Source: a virus
Taxonomy: Duplodnaviria; Caudoviricetes
DNA length: 40,461 nucleotides
Strand: one strand, 5' to 3'
IMG/VR virus record: IMGVR_UViG_3300046055_000006
Coordinates: 1 to 40,461 of that record
Position numbers and translations under genes: made by a program. Below the pieces are notes generated by a model. The model was given only the letters and a program-made list of their open reading frames with translations, made no database searches and was not told the origin of the DNA. Below, one piece after another: positions 6,914-15,834 of this stretch (the first letter of the stretch is position 1; each line of letters opens with the position of its first letter).

Positions 6914-7268
6914 CATTAGAGATTACCCACACGTTGTTTTCGTTGTCGAGGACGAAAACCTTGGTAGCCATGACTATGCAGACCCTATCATGGACAACTT
7001 TTGGACCAGGATAGCCCAACAAGTTCTAACCGATTTGGCCGAGCTAGGTTATAGTGCCGAAAACGTAACCCCATCGCAGTTACACTCAGAAATCACTGGA
7101 CGAAGATTGGTCAGGTGGCTGCCAAACGGAAACTTAGCAGCTCCTAAGAACGTCACGTACTACGCTGATTGGCGAACTTTGTTCGGACCTGGCAGGGTAC
7201 AGAAATTGATTGCAGCGGCTGAGGAGACTGTTCTAGACAACCTCGAGCAGAACAAGATAGACCCGTAG
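6897..7268 (+). CDS. Hypothetical protein
   Basis: 123-aa ORF in the operon; exact start uncertain. Confidence 0.65.
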   Translation: MDKLDDIRDYPHVVFVVEDENLGSHDYADPIMDNFWTRIAQQVLTDLAELGYSAENVTPSQLHSEITGRRLVRWLPNGNLAAPKNVTYYADWRTLFGPGRVQKLIAAAEETVLDNLEQNKIDP

Positions 7269-7354
7269 CGCCCCCAAGCCTGTAGGCCGCCTGTAGAAGC
7301 ACCGCAGGCCTGCGTTTTCGCAAAAACCTCGATGAAAAAGGCGGTTGATAAACC

Positions 7355-7546
7355 ATGTACGTCATGGACATAATGGTCGAAAAATCGAACTCTGGCACCT
7401 GTAAAAGCACTCAGTGTCAGAACCCAATCACCAGGACTGTGGTCCTAGCAACAAAAGATCACGAGGTTGCTTTCGTTAACTTCATTTGCACACCGTGTGC
7501 TGAGTTAATCGAAAAAGATCGCCTCCAAACTCAGGAGCGCTTGTAA
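7355..7546 (+). CDS. Small Zn-finger protein (paralog family B)
   Basis: C-x4-C...VVLAT.D..VAFV.F.C-x2-C. Confidence 0.65.
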   Translation: MYVMDIMVEKSNSGTCKSTQCQNPITRTVVLATKDHEVAFVNFICTPCAELIEKDRLQTQERL

Positions 7547-7743
7547 TGAAGGTCTTAGGCACAGTAAACCAAACGCTGTCCAAGCCAAAACTGTGCAACA
7601 ACTCTAACTGCACGAGTGCTCCTAGCAGGGCAGTAATCCTGGCTACTGACGATTATAGGGTTGCTTTTGTAACTTATTTCTGTAACGTCTGTGAAAAAGA
7701 GCTAGAAAAGGGAACAGAAAAGGAAACCTCCAATGGCCGATGA
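7546..7743 (+). CDS. Small Zn-finger protein (paralog family B)
   Basis: TAATG coupling; same motif as the preceding gene. Confidence 0.7.
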   Translation: MKVLGTVNQTLSKPKLCNNSNCTSAPSRAVILATDDYRVAFVTYFCNVCEKELEKGTEKETSNGR

Positions 7744-9541
7744 TCTAACGCAACGCATCGAGGCGCTCGAAGCACAACTGACGCAACTACAAGAGGAGGA
7801 CACCCCCTTAGTTGACCAGAAACTAGACACTACCAATAAGCAACTAACGAAGCTCACCGAAAAGAAACAGGACCTTGAAAAGCAGAAACAACAACTCCGA
7901 CAGCAGCACAAGAACCTAGAGCTAGAAGTTAAGCAACTCAAGCAACAGCAAAACGATCAACAGAAAGCTCAGGAAGCTGAGGAAGCTCTAAACCGTCTAA
8001 CTGAGAAGTTTGACGCCACCTGTCAAGGTGAACCCTGGTACGACTCACTGTTCGATTTCCAACGGGACGATGTTCTGTATTCCTTGTCAGCCTATGACCA
8101 GGGCTTGAGTGGCATCCTTAATGCCAACATCATGGGCTCGGGCAAGACAATCGAGGCAATCGCAGCGTACACGTACATGAAAAAGGACTTCTTTGAACAA
8201 ACAGGCCGCGAACCAAAGACCCTTTGGCTCACGAAGAAATCGGCCATGAAATCCACCTTTAATGAGTGGTCTAAGTGGTCGAACGAATTAGTCGTACCGC
8301 TCCTGGCAGATCAAACTCAGCAGAAGCAGGCACTCCTGAATCTAGCCCTCAACCAAAACTCAATTGTCATTACCAACTACGAGTCCCTGAACAGCCTTCC
8401 TGACCTAATCGACACAACCTGGGATTTCGTTTTCGCTGACGAGGTTCACAAGTTGAAGAACGGACACTTTGCTCAGCCTCCACAGGTGTTCAGGAACGTT
8501 CGTTCCTTGCTAGGCATCGAAAAGTACGGTTTCAAGAATTGGCAAAAAACTAGGCATACCTTCTTCTATCCGCTTACCGGCACGCCTATTCAGAACCACC
8601 CGAAGGAAGTGTGGTCTTACTTGCACCTGTTCCGGCCCGACCTGTTTTCCTCCGTAAAGGATTTCGAGGTCGTTTTCTCCTTGTGGGGCAAAATCCACTT
8701 CGAGAAGCTGTCCAAAACCCTGGCAGGGCAACTGCTTCGGCAAGACCCTGAAACGATCAAGGCGCAACGACCAAACAAAGACCGGCAATTCATTTACTTG
8801 CAGCACACCCATGAACAAAGCAAAACCTACGAGTCCATTAAGCAAGGCATCCTCGACAGTTTCGAGAAACAAGCCGAGGACGACCCGGATAAAGAGCTAA
8901 CAATTACTTCGATCTTAGCGCAGTTGACTCGTCTTAGGCAGGCAAACATCTGGCCACCGTCAGTGAAAGACCCATACACCAACCTGCCCCTTCAGCCAAA
9001 AGAAAGCTCGAAAATTGACGAAGCCCTAGAGATCATCGAACAGCTTGTTTTGCACGAGAACGAGCAGGTGGTCGTTTGGTCCTCGCAGTTTACTGATCCG
9101 CTGATTGAAATCCAAAACCGTGTGCATCAACTGAATTCGGGCACAATCAGGTGCGAGCGCTTAGACGGATCGAACCCCGATCCCCAGGCGACCGAGCACC
9201 GCTTCCAGCAACGTGAAACCCAGGTGATCGTCGCAAACATGAAAAGCGGAGGTGAAGCACTTAACCTGAATAAATCCCACGAGTGGCCAGGAGGGGCCTC
9301 AAGAGCAATTTTCTTAGACCTGTGGTACAACCCAGCCGTTAACGAGCAGGCAGAGGATCGCTTGCACAGGAACACAAGCACGGAGAACGTAGAGTTGTAC
9401 GTCCTCTTTAACGAAGATAGCGTCGACAACTTTATTGCCGGCCTCCTCGAAGAAAAGGAAAAGCAAACCGAAGGCATCACCGACTCAGGCAAGTTGCTCC
9501 CAACAAAAGAGTGGCTCGCTGAGCTACAAAACAAGTTGTAA
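7733..9541 (+). CDS. SNF2/SWI2-family SF2 helicase/ATPase with N-terminal coiled coil
   Basis: MGSGKT, ITNYE, DEVH, LTGTP, GEALNL, WYNP and QAEDRLHR motifs. Confidence 0.9.
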   Translation: MADDLTQRIEALEAQLTQLQEEDTPLVDQKLDTTNKQLTKLTEKKQDLEKQKQQLRQQHKNLELEVKQLKQQQNDQQKAQEAEEALNRLTEKFDATCQGEPWYDSLFDFQRDDVLYSLSAYDQGLSGILNANIMGSGKTIEAIAAYTYMKKDFFEQTGREPKTLWLTKKSAMKSTFNEWSKWSNELVVPLLADQTQQKQALLNLALNQNSIVITNYESLNSLPDLIDTTWDFVFADEVHKLKNGHFAQPPQVFRNVRSLLGIEKYGFKNWQKTRHTFFYPLTGTPIQNHPKEVWSYLHLFRPDLFSSVKDFEVVFSLWGKIHFEKLSKTLAGQLLRQDPETIKAQRPNKDRQFIYLQHTHEQSKTYESIKQGILDSFEKQAEDDPDKELTITSILAQLTRLRQANIWPPSVKDPYTNLPLQPKESSKIDEALEIIEQLVLHENEQVVVWSSQFTDPLIEIQNRVHQLNSGTIRCERLDGSNPDPQATEHRFQQRETQVIVANMKSGGEALNLNKSHEWPGGASRAIFLDLWYNPAVNEQAEDRLHRNTSTENVELYVLFNEDSVDNFIAGLLEEKEKQTEGITDSGKLLPTKEWLAELQNKL

Positions 9542-9549
9542 GGTTAACC

Positions 9550-9822
9550 ATGAACCCAAACACCCAGGAAGCAGCGGAAGCCTTTATGGAAGACTTCCAT
9601 AACACAACACGCGGCCTGGCAAGTAAGGATTTCCAGTACCTTCTAGACTCACTGCCTCAGCTTCAAGACCTTCTAAAGGATTGGAGTCTGGAAAACGACC
9701 TGGACGCCGTCCTAGTCGCCTTTTCCTTGTCAGAAACCCTAAGCAACCAAACCGGAACCTGCTCCGATCAAATAAATTGGAACCTGGCAGCGGCTTGTTG
9801 TCAAGCCTTAGGCTACCTTTAG
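9550..9822 (+). CDS. Hypothetical protein
   Basis: AAGG RBS; directly follows the helicase. Confidence 0.65.
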   Translation: MNPNTQEAAEAFMEDFHNTTRGLASKDFQYLLDSLPQLQDLLKDWSLENDLDAVLVAFSLSETLSNQTGTCSDQINWNLAAACCQALGYL

Positions 9823-9907
9823 GGAGTGTGGTGAAATTGGTAAACACAACAGGCTTAAAACCTGTGGGCCCTGTAGAGCCTTCCGGGTTCGAGTCCCGGC
9901 ACTCCCA
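9822..9907 (+). tRNA. tRNA-Leu, anticodon UAA (reads TTA)
   Basis: Acceptor stem GGGAGTG/CACTCCC plus discriminator A; D loop with GG; anticodon arm ACAGG-CTTAAAA-CCTGT; long variable arm; T arm CCGGG-TTCGAGT-CCCGG; CCA not encoded. Confidence 0.95.
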
Positions 9908-9932
9908 CGAAACCTAACTGAAAGGCTTAATT

Positions 9933-10313
9933 GTGGCAGAACGTGTTCTTACGCCCGAGCAGGAGCAGGAAATAATCGGCCTTTACCTAGAAGGCCGTCG
10001 GACCATGAAAACTTTGGCTAAGCAGTATGGCATCTCTGACAGCCTTGTCAACAAGATCATCCACAGAAACGACCCTGTCAAGCTAATCAGTGATCTAGTA
10101 AAGAAAACTGTCAAGCTCTTAGAAAGATCACCCGATCCAGACGAAACAAAGCGTCTGGCAGGTCCATTGAAGAACAGCGAACCCCTGAGGGTAGCAGCCG
10201 ACCTGGTAGACTTATTACAGGATTACAACCCACAAACCCGTGACTACTTACTCGGCCTGGCTTACACCGTTATCGAGGAAAATAAGCGACTAAAGATAGG
10301 AGAAAGGGAATGA
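9933..10313 (+). CDS. HTH DNA-binding protein
   Basis: LTPEQEQEIIGLYLEGRRTMKTLAKQYGISDSLVNKII. Confidence 0.75.
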   Translation: MAERVLTPEQEQEIIGLYLEGRRTMKTLAKQYGISDSLVNKIIHRNDPVKLISDLVKKTVKLLERSPDPDETKRLAGPLKNSEPLRVAADLVDLLQDYNPQTRDYLLGLAYTVIEENKRLKIGERE

Positions 10314-10576
10314 GCACCCTACGAGCAGGCGGTGGTAACACCCGAGCAGAGGAATTCCACCTGGGCGGACACATTAGGTACTCAACGGAAGAAGTAAGTT
10401 GTGAGGTTGAGCAAGAGGTTTTCACTGCCGATGGTGCTTCCTTCGGGGAAGCGCCTTGCCCCTTCGAAGGCGAGGTCGAGGTCGAAGGCGGTTCTACAGG
10501 TAGATACAGTTATTTCTACAGGTGGGATTGCCCTCTCTGTGGAGCTAGCCACGAAGTGGAAGGTTCGGACGTATGA
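10310..10576 (+). CDS. Acidic Zn-ribbon protein
   Basis: ATGA coupling; C...CPFEG...WDCPLCG. Confidence 0.65.
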   Translation: MSTLRAGGGNTRAEEFHLGGHIRYSTEEVSCEVEQEVFTADGASFGEAPCPFEGEVEVEGGSTGRYSYFYRWDCPLCGASHEVEGSDV

Positions 10577-10653
10577 GTTACAAGTTAGCCGAAACACTGA
10601 GCATTGGGGTTCTGATCCTCGTGCTGATTGTTCTATTTAGTTTGGCTCCCTAA
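10573..10653 (+). CDS. Membrane micropeptide (26 aa)
   Basis: MSYKLAETLSIGVLILVLIVLFSLAP; ATGA overlap; its stop abuts the next RBS. Confidence 0.5.
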   Translation: MSYKLAETLSIGVLILVLIVLFSLAP

Positions 10654-10667
10654 GAAAGGTTCTAACA

Positions 10668-11069
10668 ATGGCGAGTTACACTGACACCGAGTATATCCGC
10701 AACGCTTTAATAATGGGACAAGAATACGTGGTCTATGTTCAACAACTAGGCTTGGGGACCATGGAAGGTCCGGTTATCTTTCGACCTTCAGGTAGCACTT
10801 TCATGGTCGAAGCACCGTTTCAGTACCTACAAGTAAGAATTGCCCTCCATGACGAGGTTGCCTTTTACTGTAGGGAAATCGAAAACTGTGTTTTCAACGA
10901 GTACGAAGCCGACAAACTAATCGAGTTAATAGTCTCCATTCAGGTTGCGTTGCGTTCTTACATAGAAGGTTACATGACCAAACGAAACCTAAGACAGAAT
11001 ATTGGTAAAGTAGATATTGGACAGCTATCCAAATTTATTAATGCAACGCTTCACAAGGATTACGTCTAG
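10668..11069 (+). CDS. Hypothetical protein
   Basis: RBS AGAAAGG; 133 aa. Confidence 0.7.
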   Translation: MASYTDTEYIRNALIMGQEYVVYVQQLGLGTMEGPVIFRPSGSTFMVEAPFQYLQVRIALHDEVAFYCREIENCVFNEYEADKLIELIVSIQVALRSYIEGYMTKRNLRQNIGKVDIGQLSKFINATLHKDYV

Positions 11070-11379
11070 CTTGCCAAAAGGCTATAAAAAGGGTGAAATC
11101 ACAAACCCTAAGGCAACGATGCGTCAACGTGCTAGGAAACACTTACTAGCCACAGACACTCCATATGAGTGCGCCGTTTGTGGCTACGCTCCTGAGACTA
11201 ATTCCCGCTCGACCTCTTTAGAGGTTAACCACAAAAACAAGGTTCTAGAGGATAACGATCCAGCCAACCTAGAATGGCTATGCAAAACCTGCCACAAGGA
11301 AGCCGATACAAAACGTTTTGAGGAAACACAAAAGCAAACCAACAGAGACCTCTACGGAAACCTTTTAGACGAAGGCTAA
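11017..11379 (+). CDS. HNH endonuclease (true start probably 11041 or 11071)
   Basis: CAVCG...LEVNHKN...NDPANLEWLCKTCH. Confidence 0.85.
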   Translation: MDSYPNLLMQRFTRITSSLPKGYKKGEITNPKATMRQRARKHLLATDTPYECAVCGYAPETNSRSTSLEVNHKNKVLEDNDPANLEWLCKTCHKEADTKRFEETQKQTNRDLYGNLLDEG

Positions 11380-11383
11380 GACC

Positions 11384-11683
11384 TTGCCAACTATGTGTGA
11401 GTGCAAAAACCTCAACCAAACAGGAGCCCGATCAAAACCTTGGCTAGGTGTTTCCAAACACGGCGACTCGGTTTGGGTTTGTTCTAAGTGCCACAAACCG
11501 AAGCCACTTTATTGGGAAGGTTTCATCGAAACCTGCTTAAGCTGCGGATATGATTTTTCTGCGCCCTTTGATAAACTCTGTCGAAACTGCTCCCCTAATC
11601 AGCCTTACGTAGGCTGGCCCGAGGTAAAAACTAGCAAAGCGCCATGGTACGAAGAAAAACCTAAGAGAGAAAAGGAAGGTTAA
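11384..11683 (+). CDS. Cys-rich Zn-finger protein
   Basis: CEC, CSKC, CLSC and CRNC motifs. Confidence 0.65.
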   Translation: MPTMCECKNLNQTGARSKPWLGVSKHGDSVWVCSKCHKPKPLYWEGFIETCLSCGYDFSAPFDKLCRNCSPNQPYVGWPEVKTSKAPWYEEKPKREKEG

Positions 11684-11806
11684 ATGACAGATTACTTAGC
11701 AGTGGCTCTCGCCGTGCTCGTAAGCCTACTAAGGTTTGCGATTTCCCTCGTACTTATCGCACTCCTCGTCTCCTGGGTTACGGGCTGGCAACTACCCATC
11801 GGCTGA
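11684..11806 (+). CDS. Membrane micropeptide (40 aa)
   Basis: MTDYLAVALAVLVSLLRFAISLVLIALLVSWVTGWQLPIG; RBS AGGAAGG. Confidence 0.6.
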   Translation: MTDYLAVALAVLVSLLRFAISLVLIALLVSWVTGWQLPIG

Positions 11807-11972
11807 GCACCGGGCACAGGCACCGGCAGGAGCAGGCCTCAGGTCGATCCTGCGGCCCAGCGCCCCGGTACCCTGCCCCTCCCGTAGGGCAGCCTGTAGC
11901 GCCTCGCAGAGCCCCGCCTGTAGCGCCGCCGGAGGCACTAGACCCCAAAAGTTGAGCCAACTTAAAAAGTTG

Positions 11973-12001
11973 TTGCGAAGGAAGTGGGTCTGTGCTACCC
12001 T
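11973..12001 (+). promoter_or_regulatory. Promoter TTGCGA-N17-TACCCT
   Basis: Consensus copy followed by an AGAAAGGA RBS. Confidence 0.75.
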
Positions 12002-12033
12002 TTACAGGGTCAATCACAGAAAGGATCAACGCG

Positions 12034-12780
12034 ATGCCCGATACAAGCGTGACGACAGCGGACCTCTTAGCGAAGAAGCAAGAGGTTGAGCAGCTTGACA
12101 CTAAGCTCAAGGGTTCGACCCGAGCGACTGAGCAGCAAGTGCTCAGCGAGTTGGCAGACGAGCAGCCAGCCAGCGACCTTGCTAATCAGTTGGACGACGC
12201 TGTAAAGGAGAGCGGACCTGACAACCGTGCCAAGATTTACGCGGTTGTGAAGAACCTCGCTTCTTCACTAGAGAAGGACGAGGAGGTAAAAACTCAGGTC
12301 AATAACCTGGTCGAGCAAAAGAACCAGAACGTCGAGCAACTAACCGGTGACGCCTTTGAGGAAGCGAAGGCTCAGCGAAAAGAGCTGGTCAATCAGTTCG
12401 ACGCGATTAAAAACATCCTCGAAATGTGGGGGAACGATACCTCGCACATTGATCGGCCGACAGGTCTGCAAGGAATTGGCTCCGGCCGGAAGCGTGGGAA
12501 GCAGGAAATCAGTAAGCACCAGCTTCAGGTGAATGAGACGGTGCTTGCTGACCAGGCGAATTCCTTGAGTAACGTTGCCAAAATGTGCGGCGTTTCCACC
12601 AAGGAATTGAAGAACCACCTGAAGGAGAACGGCGTTCCCAAAAACGATGGTGAAACCGAGTTCTCCATCACTTCGCCACCGGAGGAGTGGAGTTCTTCCC
12701 TTCCGAACGGGAAGGGCACCCTTTACGGCTGGAAGGTTGGCGACTCCAATTCGGCACCTGAGAAGCAGGTAACTGAGTAA
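12034..12780 (+). CDS. Hypothetical coiled-coil protein with C-terminal HTH-like domain
   Basis: Start reassigned to ATG 12034; architecture parallels 2759..3529. Confidence 0.8.
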   Translation: MPDTSVTTADLLAKKQEVEQLDTKLKGSTRATEQQVLSELADEQPASDLANQLDDAVKESGPDNRAKIYAVVKNLASSLEKDEEVKTQVNNLVEQKNQNVEQLTGDAFEEAKAQRKELVNQFDAIKNILEMWGNDTSHIDRPTGLQGIGSGRKRGKQEISKHQLQVNETVLADQANSLSNVAKMCGVSTKELKNHLKENGVPKNDGETEFSITSPPEEWSSSLPNGKGTLYGWKVGDSNSAPEKQVTE

Positions 12781-12788
12781 CGCTTTTT

Positions 12789-12821
12789 AAGGGGCGGGTT
12801 CTAAACGGACCCGCCCCTTTT
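12789..12821 (+). terminator. Rho-independent terminator
   Basis: AAGGGGCGGGTTC-TAAAC-GGACCCGCCCCTT plus T tract. Confidence 0.8.
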
Positions 12822-12828
12822 AAAGTTT

Positions 12829-12857
12829 TTGCGACAGAAGTCGGTAGGTGCTACCCT
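12829..12857 (+). promoter_or_regulatory. Promoter TTGCGA-N17-TACCCT
   Basis: Consensus copy followed by an AGAAAGGA RBS. Confidence 0.75.
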
Positions 12858-12886
12858 ACGGGCACGATCGCAGAAAGGAAACAAGG

Positions 12887-13411
12887 ATGGGTAAGTGGGG
12901 TTCAGAAGGTTTCACTACCAAGCACCCGCAACCTTTGAAAGACGCAAATTCTGCCGTGAAGGTGCTTTCGCCCAAAGCGAAGCAGGCCATCTATGCGGCT
13001 GCTCAAAAGGGTGATTTCGCCAAAGCCAGCTGGAACGGCTGCGTGTTTAATGCTGCCTCTATCGAGGCAGGAACCGAGTCAAAAACCACAGGCTTCGTTG
13101 CCCGACTACTTGAAATGAAACAACAAGACGTTTCCCGGTTCATTTCTTGGTGGGACGGTTCTTCTTGTACGACTCAGGAGCTACAAGACGCCGTTCTACA
13201 GGTTGGTTTGTTCAGTGAGCCCAACTCGATCACGAAGCACAAGCTCACTAAGCGCGTGTTTACGAGTAAAGAGCAAGAAATGCTGGACGAGTTTGACTCG
13301 CTGGTGGACGGTCTGAACCTAAATAACCCACTCGATGAAACTCGCACCGACGAAGAAGTTGAGGTTGCTACCAATGCCAACCTTATGCAAGACCTACTCC
13401 AACCTGCTTGA
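12887..13411 (+). CDS. Hypothetical protein
   Basis: Start reassigned to ATG 12887 from promoter and RBS position. Confidence 0.75.
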   Translation: MGKWGSEGFTTKHPQPLKDANSAVKVLSPKAKQAIYAAAQKGDFAKASWNGCVFNAASIEAGTESKTTGFVARLLEMKQQDVSRFISWWDGSSCTTQELQDAVLQVGLFSEPNSITKHKLTKRVFTSKEQEMLDEFDSLVDGLNLNNPLDETRTDEEVEVATNANLMQDLLQPA

Positions 13412-13448
13412 TTAGGTTTTTTCCTTTTTCCCCTAATCCTTAGCAGGT

Positions 13449-13482
13449 CACAGTGTTCCACCTATTAAAGGTGGGCGCTGTG
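13449..13482 (+). terminator. Imperfect intergenic hairpin
   Basis: CACAGTGTTCCACCT-ATTAA-AGGTGGGCGCTGTG. Confidence 0.4.
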
Positions 13483-13557
13483 TGGGAGTCTCAAGTTCTT
13501 CTATCCCCCTTCTGGCTTGAGGCTTCCACACAGCGTAAGCTGTAAAAAGGAAAACAA

Positions 13558-14406
13558 GTGACAATCACAGTTTCACATACCCAGCTACAGACCTGGGATC
13601 GTTGCCACTTTAAGTGGTACTTGCAATACGATCTTGGAATCGTGCCCACAACTACGCCTACGCCTTTGAGCTTGGGCAAGTTAGTCCATGAAATGCTTGA
13701 GGATTATTACACTTCTATAAAGTTTAACTCCGGGCACGATCCCCATGACCTGATTAACAATCGCGTCCAACAGGCTATTCAATCCGCTGAGGACGAGTCG
13801 ATCCTGGACGTTGCCAATCGGGCAGGGCAATTAGTCCATAGGTACGTCAGGGATTTCGCTCCTGAGCAAGATCAAGAGCACGAAATCTTAGATGTAGAAA
13901 AACATGTAGAGGTTTCGTTTCAGACGCCTAACCTTGGTATCACTTACAACTTGCAGTGTTACATCGACCTCTTGACAAGGCATCGGCCTTCGGGTAAGGT
14001 ATGGCAGTGGGATCACAAAACTTTCGGTTCCAAGCCCTGGACGGCTGACGAAATTATGATGGACAGTCAGCAGGCGATTTACGCCTTAGCCATGAAAAAG
14101 TTGGGCGTGCCCGTGTTCGGTCTTAAGTATAACATGCTCAATACTCGCAACTACAAAAACTTTGACAACCAACCACCGGACAAGTTGTTCGTTCGGGAAA
14201 ACTCACACAGAACCGACTACGAGTTAGAACAACTAACTCATGAAATCGGTTTGATGGTCGAGGACATGGCCAAAAACTCAGACGATCGACGCCGGTCTCC
14301 CAAAAGGGAGTGTTCACTTTGCCCGTACATTAACCCCTGTCAGTTGAACATGAAAGGCATGCCACTAGAGGATGTAATAGGAGATGATTTTGTCTATAAG
14401 AAATAA
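13558..14406 (+). CDS. PD-(D/E)xK exonuclease, Cas4/RecB-like
   Basis: SHTQL...C at the N-terminus, G.LVH, VEK, YIDLL, WDHKT, Q..IY and C-terminal C-x2-C-x5-C (Fe-S staple). Confidence 0.88.
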   Translation: MTITVSHTQLQTWDRCHFKWYLQYDLGIVPTTTPTPLSLGKLVHEMLEDYYTSIKFNSGHDPHDLINNRVQQAIQSAEDESILDVANRAGQLVHRYVRDFAPEQDQEHEILDVEKHVEVSFQTPNLGITYNLQCYIDLLTRHRPSGKVWQWDHKTFGSKPWTADEIMMDSQQAIYALAMKKLGVPVFGLKYNMLNTRNYKNFDNQPPDKLFVRENSHRTDYELEQLTHEIGLMVEDMAKNSDDRRRSPKRECSLCPYINPCQLNMKGMPLEDVIGDDFVYKK

Positions 14407-14593
14407 CAAGCGGATCAAACATGTATCCTTAACGACGGACGAGGGTTATGATGAAGCGGGATCAAAAATCCCAGATCAGACAATCGAGCGCCCTGTAGAA
14501 GCTCACTTGAAGATGAATCCAATGTTCTACAGCGAGGGCTCGAAAAAGCCACAAGGTACAGTGTACCAACTTATCTGGACGGAGTCAGAGTGA
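14384..14593 (+). CDS. Hypothetical protein
   Basis: AGGAG RBS; GTGA coupling to the next gene. Confidence 0.55.
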   Translation: MILSIRNNKRIKHVSLTTDEGYDEAGSKIPDQTIERPVEAHLKMNPMFYSEGSKKPQGTVYQLIWTESE

Positions 14594-15297
14594 GTATTCT
14601 AGAACAAGTAGGCTCTATCAGGGATTTTACACCGAAACTGAACCTACTTCTCTACGGGGAGCCAGGTGCAGGAAAGACTGTCTGGGCTGCTGATTCGCCC
14701 AAGCCTATCCTCATTGACACTGAACAAGGCTCCCTGTCACTGAAGAACCACCCTGCCCTGGGCGAGGCTCAGGTGCTTGTCATTGATAAGCCTACCGACG
14801 TGTGGGAGCTTAAGAGTGAGCTTTGGCAGGGTTCTCTCGAAGATCGAGAGACCATCATTATTGACACACTGACTAGTCTCCGGCAATCAGTTTTAGACGC
14901 ACAGATGAAAAAGGTAGTCACCCAGAACCCTAATCGCAACGAGAACCAGCCGTCTCAGGGTGAATACACGGAAAACAATCAAATCCTCAAAAAGCTGGTA
15001 ACTGAGTTACGCGACCTTGACAAACATTTGATTCTTGTGGCCCATGACATTGAGGAGAAAGACGAACGAACGGGTGCCACTTTTGTGCGCCCTGACCTTT
15101 CACCTAGGTTCTATTCCTTCGTAAAGGGAGCAGTCTCAGTGATGGGGTACATGACAGCGAAAGAGGAAGGAGGTGAAATCAAAAGGTACCTACAGGTGCA
15201 TCCCACTAACAGAGTTGCAGCCAAAAACAGGCTGAACCTGGAGGTGGTGGACAGCTACACCTTCGACGGTTTGCTGTCAGAACTAGCAAGCGACTAA
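14590..15297 (+). CDS. AAA_24 / Sak4-like P-loop ATPase (recombination)
   Basis: LLYGEPGAGKT, IDTEQG, TIIIDTLT, LVAH and AKNR motifs. Confidence 0.88.
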   Translation: MSILEQVGSIRDFTPKLNLLLYGEPGAGKTVWAADSPKPILIDTEQGSLSLKNHPALGEAQVLVIDKPTDVWELKSELWQGSLEDRETIIIDTLTSLRQSVLDAQMKKVVTQNPNRNENQPSQGEYTENNQILKKLVTELRDLDKHLILVAHDIEEKDERTGATFVRPDLSPRFYSFVKGAVSVMGYMTAKEEGGEIKRYLQVHPTNRVAAKNRLNLEVVDSYTFDGLLSELASD

Positions 15298-15327
15298 ATA
15301 AGCAACTAACCAAAGGAAGCAAAAGAG

Positions 15328-15771
15328 ATGTTCGATTGGGATGATGCAGAGTTTAAGCCTCTGCCGGAAGGCACTTACACACTTGTCGTTCATCAGGCGC
15401 AGATTCAGGACAATCGAGCCGGTGACGGTGAGAACATCAACGTTGAGTTGCACGTTCAGAGTCCCGACGAGTACGAGGGAAGACGTCAGTTTGAGACGAT
15501 GAGTCTCAAGACGAACGCTCTCCCTTACACGAAATCGAAGCTGGAAGCGCTTTCCGGTCAGACCTTGACCGGGCAAATGTCTCGTGAAGAGCTTTACGAT
15601 TTCGTGAAGGCTCTCGAAGGTGAACGAGTAGATGCGGCAATCGTCCAGGTTCCGCATTTTGACAAGCAAAAGGCGGATCAAGGCGTTGTGATTAACAACG
15701 TCGATAAGTTCATCAACCCCAACGCAACACCTGCTGGACAAAAGGTATACGGTGGGGTTCCTCCCATGTAA
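15328..15771 (+). CDS. Putative single-stranded DNA-binding protein (DUF669-like)
   Basis: FKPLPEGTY N-terminal motif and canonical position after the Sak4-like ATPase. Confidence 0.7.
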   Translation: MFDWDDAEFKPLPEGTYTLVVHQAQIQDNRAGDGENINVELHVQSPDEYEGRRQFETMSLKTNALPYTKSKLEALSGQTLTGQMSREELYDFVKALEGERVDAAIVQVPHFDKQKADQGVVINNVDKFINPNATPAGQKVYGGVPPM

Positions 15772-15779
15772 CTTCTTTT

Positions 15780-15812
15780 GGGGCCCCTTCCCAAGGAAGG
15801 GGCCCCTTAAAA
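15780..15812. terminator. Perfect 12-bp hairpin, probable terminator
   Basis: GGGGCCCCTTCC-CAA-GGAAGGGGCCCC flanked by T/A tracts. Confidence 0.75.
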
Positions 15813-15834
15813 AGCAAAAGGAAAAAGGATTTAA

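Noticed and set aside
9584-9917. ORFs 9681..9917 (+) and 9584..9847 (-)
   Set aside because: They overlap the tRNA and the better-supported 9550..9822 gene.
11736-12110. ORFs 11736..12089 (+) and 11778..12110 (-)
   Set aside because: They span a GC-rich repeat region and a promoter; Pro/Ala/Arg-rich translations with no RBS.
13558-14406. Cas4 as evidence of a CRISPR system
   Set aside because: It sits in the common phage exonuclease-Sak4-SSB recombination module.
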